The notes under the pieces were generated by a model. The model was not told the DNA's origin. It made no database searches and saw nothing but the letters and a program-made list of their open reading frames with translations. Positions 12,980 through 25,770 of a DNA stretch of 64,000 nt are shown here, piece after piece. The translations under genes and the position numbers were made by a program. Each line of letters opens with the position of its first letter. Position 1 is the stretch's first letter. The stretch covers positions 29,978,423 through 30,042,422 of the forward strand of contig NC_057719.1 in assembly GCF_004010195.1 (NCBI RefSeq), in the 5' to 3' direction. The stretch comes from Chiloscyllium plagiosum (Eukaryota).

Positions 12980-15900
12980 TGAGTTCAAAACAGCATTTCC
13001 AAGAAAGCATATGGCTTAAAAAATAACTTTAAAAATGACAGACAAAGGCAATGACCACATGAATCTGCACAGTTACTGCCTTTGCTGTTTGAGTTCAGGT
13101 ATCCCTGGACATAGGAAAACTTAACAAACAGCGAAATTCACAGCTGACCTTGGAGGAACCTGTGTGGGAGAGCTCACAGCACAGGAACAGATAGGCGCAT
13201 AGTTTTTAACTAACCTTGCTGTAAATCTACAATAGTGCGTAGAGTGGGTTGTTTCTTGATTTATATCTTCTATTGATATCTGTATCTTGATTAAATTTTA
13301 AAAATATAAACCATAACTATTAAGTTAGTCTGGAACAGTGTTTCTTAGAGCATTTAAACGGTGCTATTTTCTAGGTCTATAGATTGGGAAGGATCAAAGA
13401 TTGCCTTTAGTAGTGTGATATGCTCTTCCTGTCAGATGTGGGAGTTTAGGGAGAGTTTTCACTTTACTGATAATTATGTCTGCAGGAAGTGTCTTTGGTT
13501 GTAATCCCTATTAGGTCGCATGAATTGGTTGGAGTGGCAGTTAAAGGTAATAAGGAATTTATAGGAGCTGGGGGGTGTGATGGCTGGCAGTTATAGGAAG
13601 GGAGAAAAGCCACAGATACAGTCAAGTAGATAATTTAACTCCAGGAAAGGTAGGAGAGGGCATCTCCTGTAGCTATCCCCGTATTAAACAAGTTTGTGAT
13701 GGACTCTCAGTGGAATGTAGCACGAACAGTTAAGTTTCTTATACTGGGAATGGCTGCAATGTAATGAGGGGTACGTAAGGTTCCAAGCGATTGATTGTGA
13801 TTGGGACACTCTAGTCAGAGGGACAGACAGACGTTTCTGCGGCTGGCAATGAAAAATCAGAATGGTATGTTGCCTCCCTGGTGCCGGGATCAAGGATATC
13901 TTGGAGAGGGTGCAGAATGTTCTCAAAGGGGAGAAGGGCCAGCAGGAGATCATTGTACATATTGGAACTAACAATATAGGAAGGCAAAAAGATGAGATTC
14001 TGAAGGGAGAATGTGGAAAGATAGGCAGGAATTTAAAAAGGAGGTCCTTGAGGGTAGTAATATCTGGATTACTCTTGGTGTATGAGCTAGTGAAGGTAAG
14101 AATAAGAGGATAGAGCAGATGAATGTGTGGAAATGGAGGGGAGAAGGGATCATATTTTTGGATCATTAGAATCTCTTCTGGGATAGAAGTGACCTGTACA
14201 AGAATTGGGAGGGGACTAATACACTGGCAGGGAGATTTGCTTGGGAGGATTTAAACTTGTAAGGTGGGGGGGGGGGGGGGGGGTGTTGGGACTCAGGAAA
14301 TAGTGAGGAAAGAGATCAGTCTGAGCCTGGTACAGTTGGGAAAAGGAGCGAGTCAAACAGTCAGGGCAGGCGGGAACAAAGCAGAGAACAGGTAAAATTA
14401 ATAAATTAAACTGCATTTATTTCAATACAAGAGGCCTAACAGGGAAGGCAGATGAACTCTGGGCATGGTTAGGAACATGGGACTGGGATATCATAACAGT
14501 TACAGAGATGTGGGTCAGGGATAGACAGGACCGGCAGCCTAATGTTCCAGGATACAAATGCTATAGGAAGGATAAAAAGGGGGCAAAAGAGGAAGGGGAT
14601 GGGGTTTTTAAGAAGTGATAGCTTTACAGCTGTACTTAGGGAGGAGATATGTCCAGGAAAGTTATTAGGATGGAACTGAGATCGAGAGAGTCCTTAGAAG
14701 AGTATAAGTGCAGTTGGAATACACTTAAGAGGGCAAAAAGGGGACATGAGAGAGCTTTGGTAAACAGGGTTAATGAAAATCCAAAAGGATTCTATAAATA
14801 CATTAAGGACAAAAGGGTAACTAGGGAGAGAATAGGGCTCCTCATAGATCAGCAAGGCAGTCTGTGTGTGGAGCCACAGGAGATGGGGGAGATATTAAAT
14901 GAATATTTTGAAATTATTCAAATATCTAAAGCATTCGACCAAGTTCCACATTGTAGAGGAAGATTAGCAAGATTAGATCACACGGAATACAGGGAGAAAT
15001 AGCCATTTAGATACAGAACTGGCTCAAAGGTAGAAGACAGAGGGTAGTAGTGGAGGGTTGTTTTTCAGACTGGAGCCCTGTGACCAGTAGTGGATCAATG
15101 CTGGGCCTACTGTTTTTCCTCATTTATGTAAATGATTTGGATGTGAACATGGGAGGTATAGTTAATAAGTTTGCAAATGACACCAAAATTGAAGGTGTAG
15201 TGGACAGCAAAGAAGGTTAGTTCATTGTACAATGGGATCTTGATCAGATGGACCAATGGGTTGAGGAGTGGCAGATGGAATTTAGTTTCAATAAATGAAA
15301 GATGCTGCATTTTGGAAAGGCAAGTTAGAACAGTACTTATACACTTAATGGTAAGGTCCAAGGGAGTATTGCTGAACAAAAAGACTTTGGAGTGCAGTTT
15401 CATAGTTCCTTGAAATTGGAGGTTCAGATAGGACAGTGAAGGTGGTCGGTATGCTTTCCTTTATTGGTCAGAGTATTGAGTACAGGAGTTGGGAGATCAT
15501 GTTGGGGCTGTACAGGACATTGGTTTGACCATTTTTAGAATATTGTGTGCAATTCTGGTCTCCCTTCTATCGGGAGGACGTTGTGAAACTTGAAAGGGTT
15601 CAGAAAAGATTTACAAGGATGTTGCCAGGGTTGGAGGATTTGAGCTATAGGGAGAGGCTGAATAGGCTGGGGCTGTTTTTCGTGGAGCATCGGAGGCTGA
15701 GGGGTGACCTTATAGAGATTTGTAAAATCATGAGGGTCACGGATAGGGTAAATAGACAAAGTCTTTTCCCTGGGGTGGGGGAGTCCAGAACTAGAGGGAA
15801 TAGGTTGATGGTGAGAGGGGAAAGAAATAGAAGAGATGTAAGAGGCAACATTTTCATGCAGAGGGTGGTACATGTATGGCGTGAGCTGCCAGAGGAAGTG

Positions 15901-16086
15901 GTGGAGGCTGGTACAATTGCAACATTTAAAAGGCATCTGGATGGGTATATGAATAGGAAGGGTTTAGAGGGATATGGGCCAAGTGCTGGCAAATAGGATT
16001 GGATTGGGTTGGGATACCTGGTCTGTGTGGACGAGTTCGACTGAAAGGTCAGTTTTCGTGCTGTACATCTCTATGACTCTATGACT
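12980..16086 (+). mobile_element. CR1 LINE with 5' region, ORF1 (zinc finger + SGNH esterase) and internally deleted ORF2
   Basis: CSSCQMWE...YVCRKC near 13420-13495; VCCLPGAGIKDI...IVHIGTNNIG (13862-14113); ORF2 remnants jump from endonuclease to linker (~14680) and to RT (~14915); 3' ctatgactctatgact. The 5' boundary is uncertain. Confidence 0.9.
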
Positions 16087-18753
16087 AGGTAAACTACTTA
16101 GGGAGATAATTACTGAAGTGTTATTAAAGTTTTTACAACCCATAGAAAGAAAGGCAACAGGTCACAACAGATTTAGTTCAGAAGAAGAAAAGATCTATAC
16201 CAGCACAAGGACAGTTGAGGTTTGGCAGTCTTGGGCCCTCTGTGCTGAAAGAAGCGTAAAGCTGTTTTAGTAGTTTTACAATTGGCAATTGGACAGGGCT
16301 GGAAAATGCTCTGAGCTTTGCCTAGAATTGAGCAAGAGAAGCGATTTTGAGAGAGATGTACAGAATCACATCTAATTAGCATGAAGAATATCACGGAATG
16401 GAAACACTTGTGACCTTGTTAGTTATACAAGTGAAGGTGAATGGGCATATTCGCAGGAGTTTGTTTAGTGACTGATCACTGTGGTAATCAAATTGTAAAA
16501 ATGAAACTTAATGTTTCTCAAGCCAGCTTTCACTCTGGAATCTGATTTGTCCAGTAATACCATCAGCATCGATCAGAAGAGGTCACTTCAGCAATTTCCA
16601 CCATGAAGTGTCTTTGTAACCAATAAGGCTAACAGAATTGAAATTCTATACTTTAAAAGAGATAAAAACTTAAGAATGATCTGATTGTGTTCAAGATGAC
16701 AATTGTTTCCAATTCTATGGGTTAGGGCGAACCAAGGATCATAAACTATAGCTATGGAAATCCAGATCATGATTAGATGTCAAGAGATGGTTCCTGCCTT
16801 TCTGTAACAGAGGGAACTTCTATAACAGGTTGTCATTCTCTGCAGTGTTTGCTGATTCACTGACTTTTTTTGGACAAGATCTGGACTTGTTTGAGTAGAT
16901 ATTGCAAACATTGCCTCCTTTGGAAAAGGCCTGATAACTTACAAGCCAAACATCCAATTAGCACACTATTATTGGGCCTTCCACATGATCAGCATTCCCA
17001 TGGTGTTAAGTCACAGGCCAGCAGCTCTTTTGCTTAACAGGACAATTTTTAAGATGCTGGTTGCTTCAGGAATTGGACTAGGATCATAAAGTGGTCAGAG
17101 GTAAGTGACAGTGGGAGGAATTTTGTGAGATGTGTAGAGTCATTGGCAGCTAGGCAGGAGAGTGGCTTTTGAAGGAAAGCTCCTTCTTGATGCCTCGGAC
17201 ATTGTTTGAACACTGAATGTCTGAACTACTGAAGCCCCAGAGACCACAGGCAACCCACACAGGCTTCCATGTCCTGCAGCATGGATGGTGACAGGCCTAC
17301 CTGCTGCTGGCGTAATTATAGTGGCAAAGAAATGAGACCCATAGTGGGCATTAATCACTCGTAGTTCTGTTAGTGGCAGAGTGGGAAGACTTTAATCAGG
17401 GTCCCCATCTGCCACCATCCTGCCTGACTGAATGCCCTCTTTCCCTCCACACCCTTTCAAACCTGGCTTGAAGGAACAACATAAAAGACCATTCCAGCAC
17501 TTGTGGAAGGTAGTTAGTTCACAGAATTCACCTCCCAGACTAGTTTTGAGTCATCTAGTAAAGCCGAGGGGACTTTCCCAGATTTTCTTTCTGTCCAATT
17601 GAGTTTCATTGTTTTTTTATGGTTTTACTCCTCTCCCAAGAGGTGATTTTGGGTAACATGGAAAACATAAAATATCGTGTCACGAAAAAAGTTACAATTA
17701 TTTTTGACAGGCTGGATGGATCAGAGGGCCTTACCTATTATTGTTCATCTGTTTGTATCTGAGCAAAAGGAATTATTGATGTCAGCAGTATAGGGTCCAT
17801 GAAGGGGCGTTCAGCAGGAATAGGGTCAAATGAGAAGGAGGACGGTCTCAGACAAGATGAGATAGTAAAGGGAATGAGAGGTGATTGGAATTAAGCAAAA
17901 GAAAAATATGTTTAGGACTAGGGCAGAGAGGGAGGACCACCAGAGGAAGGTTTGAGTTAGTGGACAAAGGAAAGAGAGGGAAGAAGTGCATACAGACAGC
18001 TGAAAAAAATATTCTCAATCTTAATAAAAGAGACCATGAACTCCTTGCATTTGTTGAGCGGAAGGGGCTGGTAAGGGTCTCTGGAAACAATCAAGAAGGC
18101 AGAAGGTCATGTTTTCATTCCAGAATGATTCCGAAGCAGTGAGCAGGTCTCACTGGTTTTGGATGTGGTCTTACCAGATTTGGTGATGACTGACTATGCT
18201 AGTCTATTCATATACATTCATGTCTGGGTCTCTTAGAATGAAAGATAGGAGCCACACCAGGTGAGAGAGAGTGTGTGTGCATGAGAGAGGGAGAACGTCT
18301 TCAAAGAAGCAAAGATGTTGAAGCCAGCGGTTAGAATCTGATTGAATAGTGTCATCATTCTGCTCAGAGCAGGTTGGAAACCATAGAATCAAATATAAAC
18401 GAGCTCAGCTTAGGATACACCATTTGCAGCAGAGACAAAAACCCAGAGAAAGCAGCAACAGGCCAGATTCTAAAATTAAGACAACCCAATTGAGTTCATG
18501 AATAGCATTAGTGCTATTTGAAGTCCAGAAGTAGCAAAGAGATGGTACACAAAGTGGATTTTTTTTCCCAGGATTCCAAAAGCAGCAAAATAGAAGACTT
18601 GTGTAGCTTAATCCTGAGACTAGTGCTTCCCAAATTTCGTCTCCATGTGACCTCATATTTCATCTCTTCATTTGGAGATTTGTTACGAACCTCAGTGAGA
18701 ATTGTAAGAGAGGAGTAAGGGGTCTGTGAGAGCGGGAGCCTTTTAGAGCAGAA

Positions 18754-21700
18754 ATCATACAGTCATAGAGATGTACAGCATGGATACAGACTCTTCGGTC
18801 CAAGCAGTCCATGCAGACCAGTTATCCCAACCCAATCTAGTCCCACCTGCCAGTTCCTAGCCCATATCCCTCCAAACCCTTCCTATTCATACACCCATCC
18901 AAATGCCTTTTTAAATGTTGCAAATGTACTAGCCTCAACCACTTCCTCTGGCAGCTCATTCCATACACGTACCACCCTCGGTGTGAAAAAGTTGCCCCTT
19001 AGGTCTCTTTTATATCTTTCCTCTCTCACCCTAAACCTATTCCCTCTAGTTCTGGACTCCCCAACCCCAGGGAAAAGACTTTGTCTATTTACCCTATCCA
19101 TGCCCCTCATAATTTTGTAAACCTCTATAAGGTCACCCCTCAGCCTCTGACACTCCAGGGAAAACAGCCCCAGTCTGTTCAGCCTCTCCCTATAGCTCAA
19201 ATCCTCCAACCCTGGCAACATCCTTGTAAATCTTTTCTGAACCCTTTCAAGTTTCACAACATCTTTCCGATAAGAAGGAGACCAGAATTGCATGCAATAT
19301 TCCAACAGTGGACTAACCAATGTCCTGTACAGCCCCAACATGACCTCCCAACTCCTGTACTCAATACTCTGACCAATGAAGGAAAGCATACCAAACACCT
19401 TCTTCACTATCCTATCTACCTGCGACTCCACTTTCAAAGAGCTATGAATCTGCACTCCAAGGTCTCTTTGTTCAGCAACACTCACTAGGACCTTACCATT
19501 AAGTATATAAGTCCTGCTAAGATTTGCTTTCCCAAAATGCAGCACCTCGCATTTATCTGAATTAAACTCCATCAGCCACTTCTCAGCCAATTGGCCCATC
19601 TGGTCAAGATCCTGTTGTAATCTGAGGTAACCCTCTTTGCTGTCCAATACACTTCCAATTTTGATATCATCTGCAAACTTACTAACTTATACATCTTATG
19701 CTCACATCCAAATCATTTATGTAAATGAAAAAAAGTAGAGGACCCAGCACTGATCCTTGTGGCACTCCACTGGTCACAGGCCTCCAGTCTGAAAAACAAC
19801 CCTCCACCACCACCCTCTGTCTTCTACCTTTGAGCCAGTTCTGTATCCAAATGGCTAGTTCTCCCTGTATTCCGTGAGATCTAACCTTACTAATCAATCT
19901 CCTATGGGGAATCTTGTCGAAAGCCTTACTGAAATCCATATAGATCATATCTACTGCTCTGCCCTCATCAATCCTCTTTGTTACTTCCTCAAAAAACTCT
20001 AATCAAGTTTATGAGACATGATTTTCCACGCACAAAGCTATGTTGACTATCCCTAATCAGTCCTTGCCTTTCCAAATACATCTACATCCTGTCCCTCCAA
20101 AAACTTGCCCACCACCGAGGTCAGGCTCACTGGTCTACAGTTCCCTGGCTTGTCCTTACCACCCTTCTTAAACAGTGGCACTACGTTAGCCAACCTCCAG
20201 TCTTCCGGCACCTCATCCGTGACTATCAATGATACAAATATCTCAGCAAGAGGCCCAGCAATCACTTCCCTAGCTTCCCACAGAGTTCTAGGGTACACCT
20301 GATCAGGTCCTGGGGATTTATCCACCTTTATGCGTTCCAAGATATCTAACATTTGCAAGGTGTCACCATCTATTTCCCTCCACTCCGTATCTTCCATATC
20401 CTTTTCCACAGTAAATACTGATGCAAAATCCTCGTTTAGTATCTCCCCCATTTTCTGCGGCTCCACACAAAGGCCGTCTTGCTGATCTTTGAGGGGCCCT
20501 ATTCTCTTCCTAGTTACATTTTTCTCCTTAATGTATTTGTAAAATCTGTTTGGATTGTCCCTAATTCTATTTGCCAAAGCTGTCTCATGTCCCCTTTTTG
20601 GCCTCCTAATTTCCCTCTTAAGTATACTCCTACTGCTTTTTTACTCTTCTAAGGATTCACTCAATCTATTCTGTCTATACCTTATATATGCTTCCTTCTT
20701 TTTCTTAACCAAACCCTCAATTTCTTTAATCATCCAGCGTTCCCTATACCTACCAGCCTTTCTTTTCACCCTGACAGGAATACACTTTCTCTGGACTCTT
20801 GCTGTCTCACTTTTGAAGGCTTCCCATTTTCCAGCCGTACCTTTACCTGCGAACATCTGCGCCCAATCAGCTTTTGAAAGTTCTTGCCTCATACCGTCAA
20901 AATTGGTTTTTCTCCAATTTAGAACTTCAACTTTTTGATCTGGTCTATCCTTTTCCATCACTATTTTAAATCTAATAGAATTATGGTTGCTGGCCACAAA
21001 GTGCTCTTCCACTGACACCTCAGTCACCTGCCCTGCCTTATTTTCCAAGAGTAGGTCACCTTCTCTAGTAGGTACATCCACATACTGAATCAGAAAACTT
21101 TCTTGTACGCACTTAACAAATTCCTCTCCATCTAAACCCTTAACAAGATGGCAGTCCCAGTCTATATTTGGAAAGTTAAAATTCCCTCCCATAATCACCC
21201 TACTATTCTTACAGATAACTAAGATCTCCTTACAAATTTGTTTCTCAATTTCCCTCTGACTATTATGTCTATAATATAATCCCAATAAGGTGATCATCCC
21301 TTTCTTATTTCTAAGTTCCACCCAAATAACTTCCTTGGATGTATTTTCGGGAATATCCGCCCTCAGTATAGCTGCAATGCTATCCCTTATCAAAAACGCC
21401 CCCCCCCCCACCCCCACTCCTCTCTTGCCTCCCTTTCTATGCTTCCTGTAGCATTTTTATCCTGGAACATTAAGCTGTCAGTCCTGCCCATCCATGAGCC
21501 ATGTTTCTGCAATTGCTATTATATCCCAGTCCCATGTTCCTTACCATGCCCTGAGTTCATCTGCCTTCCCTGTAAGGCCCCTTGCATTGAAATAAATGCA
21601 GTTTAAGTTATTAGTCCTACCTTGTCTCTGCCTGCCCTGACTGTTTGAAACTATCTCTCTGGGTCCCATCCCGCCATCTTACTAGTTTAATTCCTCCCGA

Positions 21701-21810
21701 GCAGCTCCAGCAAATTTCCCTGCCAGTATATTAGTCCCCTTCCAATTTAGGTACAATCTGTCCTTCTTGCACAGGTCACTTCTACCCCAAAAGAGATTCC
21801 AGTGATCCTA
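18754..21810 (-). mobile_element. CR1 LINE, decayed ORF2 plus ORF1 3' end
   Basis: ORFs 20641-21417 (APE endonuclease), 20053-20577, 19682-19948 ([16 protein letters not shown]) and 18883-19647 (RT C-terminal region); CR1 3' tail at ~18754. Confidence 0.95.
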
Positions 21811-21919
21811 CAGTTTATAACCTGTTCTGCAGTTATAACCTGTTGGAGTTGAATAGCACCCATTACTGATTCCAAACCCGGGTCTCCAAAAGTTCAGTTT
21901 GTAATCCCCACTTGGAACG

Positions 21920-22340
21920 TTGGCCCTGTCCTAGATGTCTCTTCCACTACGCACATCAACGTCTTTCCATTCAGCATATACACAACTACCTCAGATTTTC
22001 TCATTGAATTCAATATCTGACATTGTCTCACATTTAATTGCATCTTCAAGTTGTAAGTCCTACACCATAATTTATGTATATCTTCCTGAATTTATTTACA
22101 GAAATTCCTTAGCATTCACCAAGTCACTTACATTGTCAGGAAATTTCAAAATTATGCTGCTAATGGCCAAGTCAGCATCAGCAGTATAAATATCAAGAAC
22201 TATGTTAGATTCAGTATTAATCCCAAAGGTACAGCTCTTCCAACACTTGTCTGACGAGAGGGATGCAGAGTGCATTTTGGTGCATATGTTTTTATAGCCA
22301 AGATCTGTGCTGTATATCTCCACTGAATGGAACATTACAT
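21920..22340 (-). mobile_element. Very old CR1 RT fragment
   Basis: IYTADADLAISSIILKFPDN aligns by eye to IYINDLD...SKFADD, and YMLNGKTL to YxLNGKxL. Confidence 0.55.
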
Positions 22341-22384
22341 GTGTGAAAAAAACAGATCTGTAATGTCAATGATGGTACCAGTTT

Positions 22385-22504
22385 CATATTATTTTAATCA
22401 ACCTGTTCAGATATGTTATGCCTCACCTCTGTGGCAGATAGGACTTGAATCTGGACCTTTTGGCCTCTAAATAGGGACACTACGTCTATGCCATTTGACC
22501 CCAT
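22385..22504 (-). mobile_element. Short tRNA-derived SINE
   Basis: 12-bp TSD tggtaccagttt at 22373-22384 and 22505-22516; the minus strand has A-box-like tggcatagacgtag and B-box-like gattcaagtcc. Confidence 0.65.
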
Positions 22505-23641
22505 TGGTACCAGTTTTATGATCACATATTGAATTTTATAATTTACCTTGCCCTATTGGAAATGGTTGTTCTGCTCTATTAGAATCACAATTTCATACTG
22601 CTATTGGATCAATTAGAATTGGCATTTATTAAAGCATTGCACAGTTAAAAGATGCTATTTTCTTATGTAGATCACAGCATTTTGTTTCTGCTTATCGATT
22701 CTCCTTAATGTGAGTAATGATTTTCATTTTTCCTGATAGTCAAGTGAATCAACACACTTTCCCTGCATTTTGGTTGCTTCCGTTTCCATGGATACCAGTC
22801 TAAGGCATAAAAAAAATTGCTCTACCCATTTTCTAACATACATTATGTCTGCTATTTATAAGCTGAAAAACAAAACCAATTCTATCTGTAACATATCTGT
22901 GTAATGTGTTTGTAAAATATTATATTGGCATAAGTCAATTATAATATTTTTTATATTTGATTTGAAGTAAACACATTATTTTGTGGATTTTTAAATAAAG
23001 GTTGCAAAATACTGCTGCAAGTTTATTTCAAAAGTAATTGCTGTTCAATATATTCATATTAAAAAGTATTTAGTTGTATATTTGGTCAATAAAGAGTTTA
23101 AGCTAAGCAAAGTGGAGATATATTGTGTTTACAAGGGGCTAACATTTTCAGATTTTGTCTTGTGGCTGTGTGCCTTGGCTGCTGATTTACAAATTGATTT
23201 CATGTTAAAAGTCATTGAATTCATATTTTACGATGCAGTGTATGTGGTACAGGTGGTCGATATCAACAATGATGACAATAGTTTGGGAAACTGAGCTGTT
23301 AAACTTTGTAATTTAGTGATAGCCAACAAAATATTTTTTGTTCTGTGTACAGAAACCAATAGCCTTAAATAATAATGCATAATATCTGTTTATTTTTTAA
23401 TTACTCATGGTGTTCTGCCATCAGATTTGATTAATCACTTGAATAGCTTACCCTAAGTCTTGGTGAGGCAGCTGCTTTTAATTTGAAAAGAGATTTGCAT
23501 TTTGTTTCAAAGGAAGAGCATTCCCTAGGGCAGTTGTATCGCAGTGCTGATTTGCTGCAGTGAAGACTGCAGCGTTTACATATTGCCCTCCCCTATCCCT
23601 GTTCTGCTTACACCAGTCTCCTGCCAGTACGCACTTCACCC

Positions 23642-23647
23642 TATAAA
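23642..23647 (+). promoter_or_regulatory. Putative TATA box of the internal RTN1-C promoter
   Basis: cTATAAAtg lies 70 nt upstream of the RTN1-C ATG, in a TE-free stretch. Confidence 0.55.
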
Positions 23648-23711
23648 TGCATTGGAATGCCTAACTAAAAAATCTGGTGGTAGAAATAGCTGAGATTTTT
23701 GATGTCCCAAG

Positions 23712-23772
23712 ATGCAGACCAGTGCAGATTCAGCGAAGATGGAATGCCTGTGGAGTTGCTGGAAGAACCATG
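23712..23772 (+). CDS. RTN1: Reticulon-1 short isoform (RTN1-C-type) first coding exon
   Basis: ATG at 23712 (context CCAAGATGC, A at -3) reads MQTSADSAKMECLWSCWKNH plus one G, then the donor GTACTT at 23773. This closely resembles the mammalian RTN1-C N-terminus as I recall it (MQATADSTKMDCVWSNWKSQ). The phase-1 end joins exactly to the exon at 63806 (G+TT = Val). Confidence 0.93.
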
Positions 23773-25419
23773 GTACTTAATTGTCTTACATGTTTTGAAA
23801 GAACTGGATCAGGGAGGGTGGTTTCTGTATTAAGATGCATCTAAATATGCTTTGTTCACCTGTGGGCCTTTCACTTGCTTCTTATTGCAGCAAAGCTGTG
23901 GTTTGTTGTGCAATGTGCTACTGTTGGTAGGTGTGGCGCAGATTATGTTTTCAAAAAACATTTTGTTGAAAGAAAGCATGAATAATATTTTGTTCTTGAT
24001 TGCATTACTATCCTCGCAGGGAGATTTTTTTGGAATTTCATATGTCCATAATAGTTAGGTATTAATGTCAAAGCAAAATAAATTGCATTATGATTATATT
24101 AGAATTAATGCTTGTTATTTGTGTTTGGTTTCGTCCGTCTCATTTTGAGCAGAATTTAACAGTATAGCTATAGAGAATTACTTTACAATTGGACACACCC
24201 ATGGAGGAAAGCTGTGTTTTTCTCCTCAGCCTGTCTTCTGTAAACAGACAAAATCACCCTTTCATCCTTCATTGTCATCAGAATTAACAGCAGATTTATA
24301 TACACTTTTTGTTACCTCATTTTTTTGTCAGATATTTGTATGTTGAGGATTCTGTTTGAAGTAAGTAAAGGAAATCTCTCATTATGATGGATACTGTGTC
24401 ACTGTGCATAGTAAAATAACACATACAGGGATGGGTGAAAGCATCCTTTAGTACAAATGTTTCAAAAGCATCTAGATCAGCACTGGGTGTGGCCATCTGC
24501 CTCCGCTGCAGCGAACATAGGACTTTTTCAGCCATTTTTTTTTCCCTTTCAGCATCATTCTGAATTCTGTCTAGACATTTTAGAAGCTGAGGTGGCCACT
24601 GATGAAGAAAGCTAATTGTGTACAAAAAGGAGTTCCTTTCTGAAGCACTATAATGGGGATAATACTGTTTGTTCACCATATCCTAATCGAATAAATTTTA
24701 TTGACAAGTTTGTGATTTTGCATTCTAAAGCCTTCGAGCATGTTCCATTTATAACCACCTGATATGATCACACTTTTTCAACTCATGATAGATCTGTGGG
24801 CTTTTGTTCCATTGATATATGATCCAGAGATGTCAAATATAGCTTTTTTTGCATTAATGAATGGAAACAAATTAATGATTCTTCAATTTTGCAATATTAG
24901 GATGGTTTATTGTCATGAATCAATCTGACCACAGCAGATTATTTCAACAGTCACTTTCATAAAAAGATTCCAATCTCTAATGGTAGATATGTTTTAACCA
25001 GTTGTTTTCAACTGACTGTGATTAATAATCTATTTTAATACATATAGTATTTCTCCTGTGCTCTGAAATTGTTGCGTCTTTACATGCAATAAGTATCCTC
25101 ATTTTGTTCAATAAAATGTTATTTATAAACAATCCTGGGAGTATCTTGCGAAAACAGAAAAGTTAAGTTCATTAAATGTGCAGATTTCAACATAGATCTT
25201 ACTACCTTATCTGATTAAGTGAGAAAATCTGTCAAGTCATCAGCTTAGCAATTTGCACTGCCAGATATTCTGTTGAAAGAATATTTGTTGAATGAAGGTG
25301 CAGTGTAAGACTTAACAGGCTGGAGAAATATTGATGTCATATCACACTTTAGAAACATGGCTACTGCTAGTTCTATATATAAAAAAGAATGGGCTTTAAT
25401 ATTAACTGTGTGCCTAATT

Positions 25420-25770
25420 CTGCGCATGCTCTTCAGGAAGCATGTCAATGCCTTGAAGTGAAGAATAACCACAATGGTACCAGGGATGCAGAACTTTAGT
25501 TATAGAAAAACTAGGATTGCTCTCCTTGGAGCAAACAGGCTGGGAGGAGAATTAATAGTCATACTCAATTATGAAGAGTTTTGATGGAATGAGTATGGAG
25601 AAACTTTCTACTGCAGGAGGACTAGCAACCAAAAGGACACAGAACTTAATTTAGCAGAAAAAAGGATTATGAGGAAGAGTAGATGCATGGGATGAATTGG
25701 ATAGTTTATAATGCTGACACAGATACTATGGGCCAAATGGCCTCCTGTGCTATAAGGCACTATGATATAC
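25420..25770 (+). mobile_element. Old CR1 3' fragment
   Basis: aatggtaccagggatgcagaactttagttat ... ctccttggagca ... atgggccaaatggcctcctgtgct, a typical CR1 end. Confidence 0.65.

Noticed and set aside
16090..18720. Possible solo-LTR-like segments (~16090-16580, ~18190-18710)
   Set aside because: The composition is suggestive, but I could not identify paired termini, TSDs or a second copy.
18883..21417. Long RT/endonuclease ORFs as functional or domesticated genes
   Set aside because: ORF2 is split by stops and frameshifts in every CR1 copy in the window.
21920..22340. Possible endogenous viral or host coding fragment (ORF 22096-22335)
   Set aside because: Reading across frames gives degenerate CR1 RT motifs.
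23300..24100. REST/NRSE site near the neuronal promoter
   Set aside because: I found no match to TTCAGCACCnnGGACAG by eye; a PWM scan would be needed.
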